Shown piece by piece: positions 23,900 to 61,041 of a stretch of 64,000 nt of DNA. The notes beneath the pieces are model-generated. The model did no database searches, was not told where the DNA came from, and was given only the letters and a program-made list of their open reading frames with translations. Made by a program: the position numbers and the translations under genes. The stretch lies in NCBI RefSeq assembly GCF_009914755.1, contig NC_060937.1; one strand, 5' to 3'. This stretch comes from the human T2T-CHM13v2.0 reference genome, Homo sapiens. Position 1 is the stretch's first letter, and each line of letters begins with the position of its first letter.

Positions 23900-25140
23900 A
23901 ATAGTTTTGGGATAGATGGAGGGGGTTAAAGCGGGTGGTTAGGAGTAAAGTGGGTGGTTAGTGCCAAAGGGAAAAGAGGATAGCAAGCAGGAGAAGGCGT
24001 TGCAAAAAGACGATAGGAAAAAGATGGTGGGAAAAAAAAATTTTGGGTAGATGGAGGGGGAAAAACAGGGTGGGGAGCGGGAGGGAGGGAAGGTTTTGCA
24101 GAAAGACGGCGGTTAAAAAGTTTATGGGTAGATGGAGGGGGAAAAGAGGGTGGCAAGTGGGAGGAGGAAAGAGGGTGATAAGGGGGGGAAGTGGGGGTGA
24201 GCAGTAGGGAGAGAAGGTTTTGTGAAAAAAATGGGGAGAAAGGTTTTGGTTAGACGGGAGAAAAGAGGGTAACAAGTTGGGGAAGGAAAAAGAGGGTAGC
24301 TAGGAGGAAGACAAGGTTTTGCGAAAAGATAGCGGCCAGAAAAGAAAGACGGTGGAGAAAGAAAAGACGGTGGGTAAAAAGTGGGTAGATGGAGTGGGGA
24401 AAGAGGGTTGGGAAAAAAGGGAACTTAGTTTGGAGTAGATGGAGGGCAAAAAAGAGAGTGGCAAGCAGGACAGGTCAAAGAAGAGAACGAGTGGGAAGAG
24501 GGGATGACTTTGTGAAACGGCGGTGGGGAAAATTTGGGAGGATAGATGGAGGGGGAAAAGAGCGAGGTGAGCAGGAGCCGGGGAGAAGGCTTTACGAAAA
24601 TACGGTGGGGAAAATTTTGGGGGATAGATGGAGGGGGAAAAGAGGGAGGTAAGCAGGAGTGGGGAGAAGGCTTTGCGAAAAGACGGTGGGGAAATGTTTT
24701 TGGGTAGATTAGAGAAGGGAAAGAGGGTGGCAAGGAGGAGCGGAGGGAAAGACGGTGAGGAGAACAGTTTTGGGTAGATGAAGGGGTAAAAGAGGGTGGT
24801 GAGCAGCAAGAGTGGGGATAAGGCTTTGGGAAAAGACGGGGAAATGTTTTTACTTAGATGAAGGAGCAAAAGAGGGTGATGAGAGTGGGACGGGGAAAAA
24901 GAAGGTGGCCAGAGAGAAGGGGAAAAGACTGGGAAAAATCAGTGGGGAAAGTGTTTAGGTAGACGGTTGGGGAAAGGGTGGTGAGCGGGAGAGTAGAGAA
25001 GGGTTTGCGAAATGACGGTGGGGAAAAAGTTTTGGGCTAGATGGAGGAAGAAAATGGGTGGTGAGGGGGGAGGGGCCAAAGGCGGTTGGGAAAAGAAGGT
25101 GGGGAAATAAAGGTGGGAGACAAAGGTTTTGGGTAGATTT
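23900..25140 (+). repeat. GA-rich degenerate tandem repeat (about 70-85 bp unit)
   Basis: More than 10 copies of TTTGGGTAGATGGAGGGGGAAAAGAGGGTGG...GAGAAGG(C/T)TTTGCGAAAAGACGGTGGGGAAAA, with strong purine skew. Confidence 0.85.
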
Positions 25141-25144
25141 TTTA

Positions 25145-28100
25145 AAAATCAGATTGTTTATATTTTTGCTTTTGAGTAGTTTGAGTTCTTTATATATTTT
25201 GTGTCTTAACCCCTTGGCTGATGCATAGTTTGCAAATGCTTTCTTCCATTCTCTGGGTTGCTTCCTCATTCTACTGATTGCTTCCTCTGCTTTGCAGAAG
25301 CTTTTAAGTTTAATGTAATTACATCTTTGGTTTTGTTGCTTGTGCTTTGACAAGTTTAATGTAATTAAACTTTTGCTTTTGTTGCTTGTGCTTTTGATAT
25401 CTATTTGAAAATCCCTTGTCCTAACCAATTTCATGAAGCGTTTATCCTGTCTTCGTCTCTAGTACTTTCATGGTTTCTGGTCCTACTTTTAAATTTTTAT
25501 TTTGAGTAGATTTTTGTATATGGTAAGATAACGGCCTAGATGGATTCTTGTACATGTGGCTGTTGGGTTTTCCTAGCACAGTTTATTGAAGAGATTGTCC
25601 TTCCTGAATGTGTGTTCTTGGTGCCTTTGTTAAAAATGAGTTGACTGTAAATGCGTGAATTTATTTCTGATTTCTCATTCTGTTTCATTAGTCTATGTCT
25701 CTGTCATTCCTTCATTTCTCGGTCTCTCCCCCGCCCATTTTTTGATAGTCTTATGCTGTTTTGATAGTACCTGGCTTACTATAGGTTTGTAGTATATTTT
25801 GAAATCAGGTAGTGTGATGAATCCAGCTTTTCTTTTTATTCCAGATTATTTTGTCTATGTGAGGTATTTTGCATTTCCATGTGAATTTCAGGATTTTTTT
25901 TCTAGTTCTATGAAGAATGTCTTTTGTAATTTAACACGGATTGCATTGATTCTGTAGATCACATTGGGTGATATAGATATTTTAACAATATTCTTCGGGT
26001 GCGTGGACATGGAATATTTTTCCATTTACTTGTGTCTGCTTTAATATCTTTCATCTATGCTTTATAGTTTTCATTGTGGGATCTTTTGTCTTTTTGGTGA
26101 AGTTTATCCCTAGATATCATTTTTTTGGTAATGAAATAGATTTCTTGATTTTTTTCTTAGGTATTTCACTATTGGTGCATGGGTGTGTGCCAGTTTTTAT
26201 ATATTGATATTGTATCTTGCAACTTAACTAAATTTATAATTTCTAGTCGGTTTTTTTGTGGAATCTTTAGGGTTCTCTATATATATATGTGTATATATGT
26301 ATATATGTATGTATGTATATATACATGTGTGTATGTATATATGTGTATATATGTATGTGCGTATGTGTATATGTGTATGTATATATATGATCATGTCCCC
26401 TGCAAACAAAGACAGTCTGACTTCCGTTATTCTAATTTGGATGTCTTTTATTGCATTCTCCTAATTGCCCTACCTAGGACTTCCAGTACTGTGATGAATA
26501 AAAGTGGTGTAAAAGTAGCCACACTTGTTCCAGGTCTTAGAGGAAGAGCTTTTAACTTTTCCCCATTGATTATGATGTTAGCTGTGGGTTTGTCCCATAT
26601 GGCCTTTATTGCGCTGAGATACGTTGTTTTGTACTCATGTTGTTCAGTTTTTATCATGAAGGAATGTTGATTTTTATTTTTTTCAGCATCTACTGAAAAG
26701 ATTATATGGTTTTATTCTTGATTTGCTGAATGTGATGTCGCACATCTATTTATTTGTGTTTATTGAATCCTCCTCACATTCCTGGGATGAATCTCACTTG
26801 ATCATGGCAGATCATCTTTTTATTGTGTTGTCAAATGCAATTTTCAAGTATTTTATTGAGGATTTTTTTGCGTCTGTATTCATCAAGGATATTTGCCTGT
26901 GGTTTTCTTTTTGTGTTGTGTCCTGGTCTGGTTTTTGAACCAGGGTCATGCTTCCCTCATAGAACAAGTTTCAAAGCCTTCCTTCCTCTTCATTTTTTGG
27001 GGAATATTTTGAGTAAAATTGATATTAGCTCTTTTAAAAATTTTTGATAGAATTCAGCAGTAAAAAAAATGATTCTTGTGTTTTTCTTTGACAGAAGACT
27101 TTTTATTCCTGCTTTAATTACATTACTCATTATTGGTCTGTTCAGGTTTTTTATTTCTTCATCATTCTATCTTGTGAATTTGTTGTATGTCCAGAAATTT
27201 GTTCATTTCTCCTAGATTTTTCTATTTGTTTTTATATAGGTGTTTTCAATAATCTCTTACAATCCTTCATATATCTGTGTTATCAGTTGTAATGTCTCCT
27301 TTTTCATCTATGATCTTATTTTCTTTTTCTTTCCAATTAAAGCTTATCAATTTTGATTTAAAAAAAAAAAAATCCTAGCTCTTTATGCCATTGGTTTTTG
27401 GTATTTTTTTGTTTCTATTTTTAAAATTTGTTTTCTAATCTTTATGATATTTTTTCTACTAATTTTAGCATTTTATTTTTCTTGTTTTTCTCATTGCTTG
27501 AGGTGTACTGTCAGGTTGACTGAGATCTTTCTACTTTTCTGATGTAGGCACTTATAGCTATGCACTTTTCCTCTTACGTCTGCCTTTGCTGCATCCCACG
27601 GGATTTGTTATGTTGTGTTTCTGTTCTTATTTGTTTCAATAAATTTTTAATTTCCTTTTTATCTTTTTCATTTATTTATTGGTTGTTCATGAGCATGTAT
27701 TTTAATTTCCATATATTTGTATAGTTTTTAAAGTTCCTCCTGTTACTGATTTCTAGTACTATTCCACTGTGGTCAGAAAAGATGCTTAATATGATTTCGG
27801 TTTTTAAAAATGTTCTATGACTTGTTTTTTGGCCTAACACATAGTCTTTCCTGGAGAATAATCCATGTGCTACTCAGTGGAATGTGCATTGTGCAGTTGC
27901 AGAGTGGAAAGCTGTGTAAATGTTAGGTCCATTCGGTGTAGATTACAGTTTAACTGATGATGTCTTGTTGCCTGGATGATCTATCCATTGATGATAGTGA
28001 AGTGTTGATTATAGTGGAGCGTTGAGGTACTCTATTACTGTATTGCAGTCTATCTGTCCTTTAAGGTCTGTTAATATTTGCTTCTGTGTTCAGTTGCTTG

Positions 28101-28699
28101 AGTGCTGGTTGCATATGCGCTTATAATTGTTATGCTGCTGTTTACTTCTTTCTCATGATGTAATTATCTTCATTTTTTTCCTTTTTTGACTGACAGCGTA
28201 TTTTATCTAAGTATAGCTATTCCTGCTTTTTTGTTTCCATCCCTTCACTTTCAGTCTATGTATGTCTTTGTAGGTGAACTGAGTTTCTTATAGGCAGTAT
28301 ATAATTGGGTCTTGTTTTTTAATCCATTCAGCCACTCAGTCTTAATTGGAGAATTTAATTCATTTATATTCAAGGTTATTGCTAACAGGTAAAAACATAC
28401 TACTGCCATTTTTTGCTTGTTTTCGGGTTGTTTTGCTACTCTTTTTGCTTTTCTTTCTCGCTTCCTTCCTCTTTCTCTTCTCTCTGATCTTTCTTTTTTC
28501 CTTCCTTTCTCTTCTTTCCTCCTTCCCTTCCTTCCTGTATTTATTTGTAGTGAGGTAATTTTTTCAGGTAGTATGTTTTAATTCCTTGCTTTTAATTTTT
28601 AGGGTGTCTATTATTGATTTTTGTTTTCTGGTTACCATGAGGCTAAACAACATAATTATAATCAGTTATTTTAAACTGAAGAAAACTTAACTTTGATTG

Positions 28700-28700
<1 letters not shown>
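25145..28700 (-). mobile_element. Old degenerate LINE-1 (L1M/L1PB-like) ORF2 fragment with an internal (TA/TG)n microsatellite at about 26277-26388
   Basis: Fragmentary ORF2-like peptides ([40 protein letters not shown]). Confidence 0.85.
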
Positions 28701-31105
<2,405 letters not shown>

Positions 31106-32229
31106 CCTAAAAGCTGATACTGGGTGAGGTAAGAAAATGGATGCGTTTTACCATCACAAGGAAAAGATATTATCCGTACAGTCTTGCCAAGGAGGCATGG
31201 ACTACTTAAATTGGCTTCTGGATTTCAGTTTGGGTATGATAGCCTTAAGTTGCATTTTTTGGTTACTGCGTAATATTTATTTTAGTAACTGACTGTGTGT
31301 GTTTAGTAATTGATTGTGTTAATGAACCCTCCTGTCCTAAAAGCAAAAATGAAGAGGTTCAAGGGAGCATGAATTGTTAACATCTCCTTTAAACAAATAG
31401 GCTAGGTTAAAATTTTTTTACAGAGCTTTACAGTATTACATGTCAGTTTATTACAGTATTACATGTCAACAAAAATGGCAGAAGCTCTCTCAACTGACTT
31501 GCCAGATGGATTAGATCTCTCCATTCACTCAATAAAATGTCCAAGATTTCATACTATATTTTCAATTAAAGAGGAGTTTCAGACTTTATGTTGCTCCAAT
31601 TTATGGATATCTACTCTCTTGTACTTTATATCCAAATTTGTAGATCTATTTGAAGAATTCAGAGAATCTATGGAAGATGGCTCAGCTTGCTGTGAAGCAA
31701 AGAAACCAGGGACCTTCTCCAGAACCTCTGAAGTTGATGTTAGGTCCAGCTAGTGTTTGTCCTCTAAAAAAAGTAAGTATCTAAAGCCCAAACAACTTGC
31801 ATGGCTTTCTTTTGTTAAATCCAATTAATAACCATTCAGATCTTAGAGGAGATTATAGATATTTAAATACATGTCAGTTACCCAGGATTCTATGTAAACC
31901 ATATTCAGATCCCTTTAATTGAAACATCTTAATAGCTGCTTTTATATTTATGGTGTGTAAGTCTGTTTAGTCCATCAATAGATTGTTTTATTATCATTTT
32001 TTTAGAAGTGGAATTCTCTCTCAGTTATACTAGTGCTTGATTGCAGTAGCTACACTAAAGAATGTGGAATAAAAGAGATGAGTCTTTCTGATTGAATAGA
32101 AGTGGATCATTTCCACTAGAACAGCTTCAAAGCTTCCCCCAACTTTTACAGAACATCCATTGCTTAGAGGTATGTGACTGGACCATGTGCTTCTTTGCAT
32201 TTTCTATTTGAACTTCCTTCATGGCCTTT

Positions 32230-44657
<12,428 letters not shown>

Positions 44658-45593
44658 TGAAATTTTCATGTCACTTTTATGTGAACTTTTCCCCCCTTAA
44701 CTTTTAATGGAATACCTATTTTTCTAGTGGTTTTTATATCTCTCACTCGAGAATTTTCATATCTGCTTGGAGCTTAATACTTTATTTATCTGGTATTTAC
44801 TAGTAGAGTCTGGTTGGTTAGAATGTTCCATGAATTCATTTTAATGGTTCCCTGGAAGGATAAATGTAGTTTTATGATTAATCACTGTGATTTTTTAAAA
44901 AGTGAATTATACATTGGAGCACTGATAGTTTTATAACCTTCACCAACTTTTTCCTTTATATTCAGCTTTAGCTTGGAAATTGTGAACACTTTTGCTACTC
45001 TGTATCTGAATGTTATGGTTTCTTATTGAAGAGAGACAGCCTTGGGTGGATCCATGAACTCTGTCTAAACTGCTCCACTGTGTAGGGTGGCTATCCACTA
45101 CTGCAGTGTGCTTGGAGAGCAACAGTACTTTCTTGATGCACTGTATGTTGGATTTCTATGAGAAGCTCATACACATTACATTTTCCCCATTTGGATTTTT
45201 GTGAAAGCTGTCCACCTTATTGGCTTACTATTTAAATTCTCTGTGCAAACATTAAGGTGGGCTATGACCTTATTAGCATCATTAAAATAACCTCACATTT
45301 TCAAGTTTGTGATTATTTTCTCAATACAGAGTAACTAACTTTTGTAAACCAAATGAACAAACAAATCCTTTTTTTCAGGTCCAGGTACCACTGTACTGAC
45401 TTGTGTTAATACTGGCGCTAGGCAGAAGTCTGTTGTTAGCATTATTTTTTGTTCTTCCCATTCCCAACCCCTGGCAGCCACCAAAAATACCTTGTTGTTT
45501 CTTCAGGTCTCCATTTCTACCCTTCAACTGCCTTACTTCTCTTGGTACCTAGTACCCTTTTATTGTTTTATAGTATATCACCTAGACAGAACT

Positions 45594-45673
45594 ACAGATT
45601 GGTGCAAAAGTAATTGTGTTTTTTGCTATTGTGTTCAATGGCAAAAACTGCAATTACTTTTGCACGAAGTTAA
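45594..45673. mobile_element. MADE1 (Hsmar1-derived mariner MITE)
   Basis: An 80-bp palindrome: TTGGTGCAAAAGTAATTG...CAATTACTTTTGCAC. Confidence 0.9.
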
Positions 45674-46150
45674 TATTATCCACGAAGTGTCCATTATAGT
45701 CTTGCTTTTCCCAACTTCCTCTCTCTACTAATACCTAGTTGTCTTGTGTTATGCATTTGTTTAGAGGCAAATAGGTTAAAAAAATATTGATAATCATAAG
45801 CCAGGGGGTCGGATTTTTTTTTTATTGATGTGACTGTTTGCTTGTATGTGCAAAGAATATTAGACTTTTCCAGCTGGAAAACTGATGGTCACTTCAAGCT
45901 AAATATGCCCCCAACCAAACTCCTGAGGTTATCTCTGATTTGCTCCTTCCAAAATCTTTCCCATTTCAGATAATGGCATCTATGTCTTTCCAGTGCTGTC
46001 TAGAGGCTTTTGGCGTCACTTTGGACTCTGCCTTCTCCCCCTACCCCTGCCTGCTGAATTCCATATTTAGTCAGCAAATGCTGTCTGCTCTATCTTCCAA
46101 ATGTATCCCATGTCCCATTACTTCTGTAAAGGTGCTGAATGATTGGGTCC

Positions 46151-46660
46151 CCACTGCACCTACACCCTCTGTGCCTACACCCTCTGCACCTACACCCTTT
46201 GTACCTGCACCCTCTGCACTACTTACATCCACTGCACCTACACCCTCTGCACTACTTACATCCACTGCACCTACACCCTCTGCACCTACACCCTTTACAC
46301 CTGCACCCTCTGCACTACTTACATCCACTGCACCTACACCCTCTGCACCTGCACCCTCTGCACTACTTACATCCACTGCACCTACACCCTCTGCACCTAC
46401 ACCCTCTGTACCTGCACCCTCTGCACTACTTACATCCACTGCATCTACACCCCCTGCACCTATACTTTCTGCATCTACATCCGCTGCACCTACACCGTCT
46501 GCACCTACACTATCTGCGCCTACTATCTGCTGCACCTACATCATCTGCACCTACACCCTCTGCACCTACATCCTCCGCATCTACACCCTCTGAACCTACA
46601 TCCACTGCACCTACATCATCTGCACCTACTACCTGCTGCACCTACACCCTCTGCACCTAC
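46151..46660. repeat. C-rich minisatellite built on CTGCACCTACACCCT (15 bp) with 9- and 21-bp variants, inside an L2-like fragment
   Basis: Visible tandem repeat; it encodes the PSAPT/PSALLTSTAPT and LHLHP low-complexity frames. Confidence 0.92.
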
Positions 46661-46826
46661 CACACCTTCTTGTTCATGCCACTTAGCCACAGCTGGCTTC
46701 CTCCATGTTACACACACCAAGCATGTTCCCCCTTAGTCCCTTAGGCTGGAGTATATTGGACTGTAGATAACCACATGGCTGTCTCTCTCACTTTTTAAAT
46801 ATCTCTGCTCAAATATCACCTTATCA

Positions 46827-51545
<4,719 letters not shown>

Positions 51546-51659
51546 CATTAAGTTATATTTTATAGCCTGACAGCTTTCTAAGTGAACCACTCTGATTTTC
51601 TGTTGACATCATCAGTTCTCACTAGGCTTGTATATGGAAAATCCATAAACTGCATGTTA

Positions 51660-55320
<3,661 letters not shown>

Positions 55321-55459
55321 CCAACCTATTACATACATATTTTTAATGGAACCGGTAAAAGTGATGGATGACAGGTCTGTCCTTCCTTGATGGCCAGGTC
55401 AGGACAGCATGATTTCCGTGAGTAGGGGGCACTGCTGAGGCTGCCCAGTTCCTGATTAA

Positions 55460-56240
55460 CAGAATCCCACACTTGTACAGAACTGGGACAGAAGCAGCGG
55501 AACAGGCTGTCTGGGGGGCATTGGCCATCTTCTTAGAGAAGGCCCTCCCTGTGACTTCTTCCAGGAATCCAGATCCTTGGGCTGCTCTTGCTGCAGCCTA
55601 TCCATGGTCCCAGTCCATCTCAGCTGCGTGAGGGTGCACTCGGGGGTGTTAGAGTGTCGTGTGTGTGCTCGACACACCCCTACTCATTTCTATAGGAGAA
55701 CACAGAGGATAGGAAACCCTTAAAACACATGTGATTCTCTAGTCACAGTTTTGGGTTCAAGCTGAGCTGCTTTGGGCAAGTGGGGCACCCCCCAGGGAAG
55801 CCCCAGTCTAGGACACAGGCTGCGTCGGAGGGAGGGCTGGCTTGTGGGCGCTGCCGGTTTCCCACCACCAGCTGGGCCTCAGCCCTCGCAGCATTCCTGC
55901 TGAGCACTGTGGGGCACCCAGGGCACAGGAGCATCAAGGATCCTGCTGCAGGCACACCTGTACTGCTCGCATGAGGACCATGTTCTCACTGTGAAGGATG
56001 AAGAGCAAGGCCCTCAGGACCTGCATCCTCAGAATACCATGCACGGCACCACCCATTGAGAGGGGACCTGAGGGCTGGCGGGGCCATGCAGTGAGCGCCT
56101 CCCTATGCTGCCTGCCACTCTTGGGCAATGGCCTGCAGCCCTCTGGTGATAAGAGGTCCCGCCCTTTTTATGTGCACTACCCCATCATTTGTGATTGTTA
56201 TCATAAATTCATTATTCCTGTGTTCATCAGGAGTTGTCAC
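55460..56240 (+). pseudogene. MED15 3'UTR-like paralogous fragment
   Basis: Resembles the recalled MED15 3'UTR (GGAAACCCTTAAAACACA, CACTGTGAAGGATGAAGAGCAAGGCCCTCAGGAC, TTTTTATGTGCACTACCCCA). The poly(A) signal position reads CATAAA. Consistent with the known MED15-CCDC74-SMPD4 duplicon order. Confidence 0.6.
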
Positions 56241-56814
56241 TGTGTACCCTTCTCCATGAACCTGGGCCTGCCGTCCTGTCAGGATGCTATCAGTCTTGGG
56301 GCCAGCACTGTGCAGTCTGGCCCTGGTCAGCCCTGACCTCAGCTCTCCTTTTCTGACATAATGTCCCATTCCTTGGCCTGGTTCCTTCTCCAGCTTCCTG
56401 GCAAACTTCCTGCTCCCTGAAGCAGGAAGAGGCTGAGATTAATGCCAAGGAAGTGGGGCTGTGGGCCTGGGAGGACTGTGCTGCCGGGTGAGGGTGGCGC
56501 TGAGCTGGCCAGTTCCAAACAATGGACACAGCTGTGCTGCGGTGGGAGGGGTGGTGCAGGTGTGGCCATGGCACTCTGGAGATGGCCTTCTGAGGCCTGT
56601 CAGCGGTATTGTGTCAGGGCGGGAGAGGACAGCATCTTGCCGCCAGGAGCATGCAGTCTGAGCAGGAGACCCAGGGTGATCGTGTGTTTGGACGGCAGCT
56701 CCAGCCCAGCTAGGGGACCAGGAAAGCCCTCCCCTGTCCCTGAAGGCAGCAGGGGCTGGGCTAGGGGCCAGGGGCTGGGAAGAAACGCCTGATAGCCAGT
56801 GAGGAACAAGGCAC

Positions 56815-57858
<1,044 letters not shown>

Positions 57859-57931
57859 CACCTCCCAAGCCCAAGGGTGGGGCTGTATGGCAGATCCCCC
57901 CAGCCTTCTCTGAAGACAGTGGCCAACACCA

Positions 57932-60900
57932 TCAGGGCTGCTGCAGCTTCTCCACTCAGCAGCCTCACAGCTGAAGCTTAGAGGACATAGACCAGGGCAA
58001 GCAGCAGTGTCAGGGAGGGCCCAACTCAGAACAGAGAGACCTCAAAGAAGGCCAGCAGCAGCCAAAGCGGAATCTGGTAGCTACCCAGGAGGCACAGGCT
58101 GAGCCTGGGGCCATGGGCATGGCCGGCTGCCTGCATCTGCCCATGAGGCTTAGCAGGTGCCTGCTGGCCAGCACAGGCTCATGAAATGATAAGAGACAGA
58201 AGCTGCCAAGGAAGTCGTCCCAGGAACACAGAGCTGACTGCCATCTGGCCTGCAAAATGATGCACAGACAGAGGTAGGGGGGCGTGGGGTGGTGGCACCA
58301 CAGGCCTCAGGACAGCAGCGCCCCACCCCCACAGGCCACCTTGGGCAGGAGCATGGAGAACCCTCTCTGAAGAGGCCAGGTTGGCCCTCCTTTGACCCTC
58401 CTGCCCACTCACTCTGTGGTTGATGGCAGACGACCACTGGAAGAGCACACAGATCAAGCTGGCAATCTCGTAGCTCCAGATGGACTGCAGCTCTGGGTCC
58501 CCTGGTACTCAATGTCAAACCTTCACAGTGCATTGATGATCTAGAAACCCAGGCCACAGGGACAGGTCAGAAAACCGCCTGTACACAACTCAGAGGAGCG
58601 GAGCTGCATATGCTCATGGGGGAGGAAGGAGCTGGGGACAGGTCGGGACCCAGCCCACGCACCTCTGGGACAGGGGCCTCTCACCTGGTACTGACCCAGC
58701 GGCATGAGGATGAGTCCATCCTCACCCACGGTGCAGTCGAGGAGCTGCTGCTTTTCATTCTCATCCTGGGTGGTGCCCAAGGCAAGTGTGAATTGTGTGA
58801 GCTGTGCTTCACTGAGTTGCCAGAAAGAAGCGCCTCTGCCCTCTGCATCAAGGAGAAGGGTGGGGACTGGTCTTCACCCCGCCAGCCTCTTAACAGTGGC
58901 AACAAGGGGACACAGACTTGACACTCAGTCTGGGCCTGCCTCCCACAACACTGGCTCCATCTCAGTGGGGCCTGGAACTGGTACTTGGGCTGACCACAGG
59001 CTGAGTGAGGGGGAGTGGATCCTTTGAAGAAGGGGACGCTGATGGCTGTGGGGCAGGCCCCATAGTTTGTACCGGGAATATCTGGTGCAGGTACTCCAGG
59101 GCCGCCTCCAGGTACTTGTCTGTCTTCTGGACACTGTCCCGCCCCATCTTGTCCAGGTCGTTGGCTGAGTAGGAGCCGTTGGTATTCATGGGGGCCAAAG
59201 CCCAGCCACAACAGGAAGGAGCAGCCAGGGGGCTCTCCACACACTGGTCTGAGATGGACATAAGGATCAAGCAGGGGATGAGGGGAAGACAGCCACTGCT
59301 CTACTCTGTGCTGGTGAGGCTCAAGGGATAGTTTGGGCGTCACTGAACATATGTCTGGGCCAGAAGGGAGAGGGGACAGGGCAGGATGGGTCACCCACTG
59401 CTTCCATAAGATACCAATTCTAGGGCCTGGCAAAGTTGAGCCTAGGAAGGGCTGGTCTGTGCTCCACAAAGCAGGGCCTGGGAGAGGAACCCAGGAGGCC
59501 ACCGGGGCCAGGGCCAGGGCCAGGCTGACTCCAGCACAGGCCACTGGCTTGACCTCCAACCACTGGAGCAACATCCATTTTGGGGAGCCAGTGGCATGGC
59601 TGTGAGGAGAGGGGCCGAGGCTCACCATTTCTCCAATGCACACCGGGACTGGGAGTCGCTGCCTGGAGCCTGCTTGTCAGGCACATACCGCCATGGCTGC
59701 AGGTAGCTCAGCCACATTTCCAGGACCTGTGGGAGGAGACGTGAGCTGAGGGCCCAGTGGCTGGGGGCCAAATCCTCCATTAGTCTGGAGTCCAGGTCCC
59801 AGGCAGCAGCTGGGTGGGACTGGCTCTTCCCACGTCCCCCAGAGGGCGCAAGAGAGACTCACACAGCCCTGTGAGGTTTGGCTCTCTTGCAGGCCCTTCA
59901 GAAGCCAGGGCCATGGGTGGGCTTTTCCCAGCCCAGGGGGCCCAGTGCTCCCTGGTCTGGTAAGGGTAGGAACCTGCCTGGCACCACACAGGTGGGACAG
60001 GGCAGGGCTTTCCTGTACCTGAGGGTTGGCTTTGGAAACTGAAACAGAACCATGTGGCCCTCCAAGGGTCCCCTCCTTTCCACGAGCTCCCTCCTCTCCA
60101 AGGCCTCACGACAACACTTGTTCTCCTCCTCATCCACCCCAGTGGACCTCCCTCATTAGGGTACACAAGACACAGGCACACGTGTTACGGAGCCAGTACA
60201 GCTCTGAACGATGCGGCCAGTGGGCAGTGGCCAAAGTAACGCTGCAGGAAGAGGTAGAGTTTCTGCTGGACGAATCTTGGGACAGTGGCCCTGCAGGGAA
60301 TAGGATGGGTCACCTGCTGCTTACCCGGTAAGGAGGCCCTGCTCATAGATGAGTCCAGAGCTCATCAACAAGGGTTGGATCTGCTGGGGGAGAGCACCAT
60401 GCACCTCCGAGAGGTAAGAGCTGGCCTTAGCCCCATTCCTCAGAGGAAGAAACCAAGGTTCAGAGAGGTCAGGGAACATCCCAAGAACACACAGCACGCA
60501 GGCCGGCGAGCCAGTGCATCTCCTGCACACACCTCACCTCAGTCCCACGCAAATAGCCCACTCTGCTGGCCCTGGTGGGCCTGGGAGTCAGGGTCATCCC
60601 AGCCCTTCTCCAGACAGGGGTGGGGGGAAGCAAGAGATGGCAGCACGGTGGGGCCTCTCTGGCCAGTCTGGAGACAGGCTCTGGGAGCCAGAGATCAGCT
60701 GGCAGCCCCGCTGGGCCACCTAGACAGGGTGTAAAAGCACCTGTCTAGCCCTCCAGAGGCCTCACATGCTCTGTGAGCAGGAAGGGACTCCCCTAACCCT
60801 GCCCCCCACCATGCCCTGGGGTGAGGTCCCTGTGGGCGACACCTGAGGAGGGGTAAGAGAAGGAGACAGCAGCTGCGGAAGCTGCAAGGGCCACCCACCA

Positions 60901-61041
60901 TTTCAACTCCTCCAGGCGGCTGGTGGAGTGGGAGTGGGAGGAGAGCGAGGCCTGCTCAGGCTTCAGGCTGTTGGCAAATGCCTGCAGGTGCTTCAGCAGC
61001 AGGCACACCACCAGCACGTGCTCCCCAGTGGGCCTGAACCA
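57932..61041 (-). pseudogene. SMPD4P2: SMPD4 (neutral sphingomyelinase-3) unprocessed pseudogene, 3' part
   Basis: Exons: 60899-61041 ([25 protein letters not shown]); 60200-60290 ([14 protein letters not shown]); 59626-59726 ([14 protein letters not shown]); 59073-59259 (SISDQC...[10 protein letters not shown]...LEYL); 58685-58816 ([18 protein letters not shown]); 58413-58540 (IINAL*RFDIEYQ); 57932-58256 (FAGQM...DDFLGSFC). Carries stops, frameshifts and mutated acceptors (CAA, CAT). The family call is strong; the P2 label is inferred. Confidence 0.9.

Noticed and set aside
45594-45673. miR-548-type microRNA hairpin
   Set aside because: MADE1 elements can yield miR-548, but this copy has several arm mismatches and nothing in the sequence shows processing.
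58681-59643. 320-aa ORF as a novel gene
   Set aside because: It runs through SMPD4 pseudogene introns and is mostly out of frame with the SMPD4 exons; a chance ORF in GC-rich DNA.
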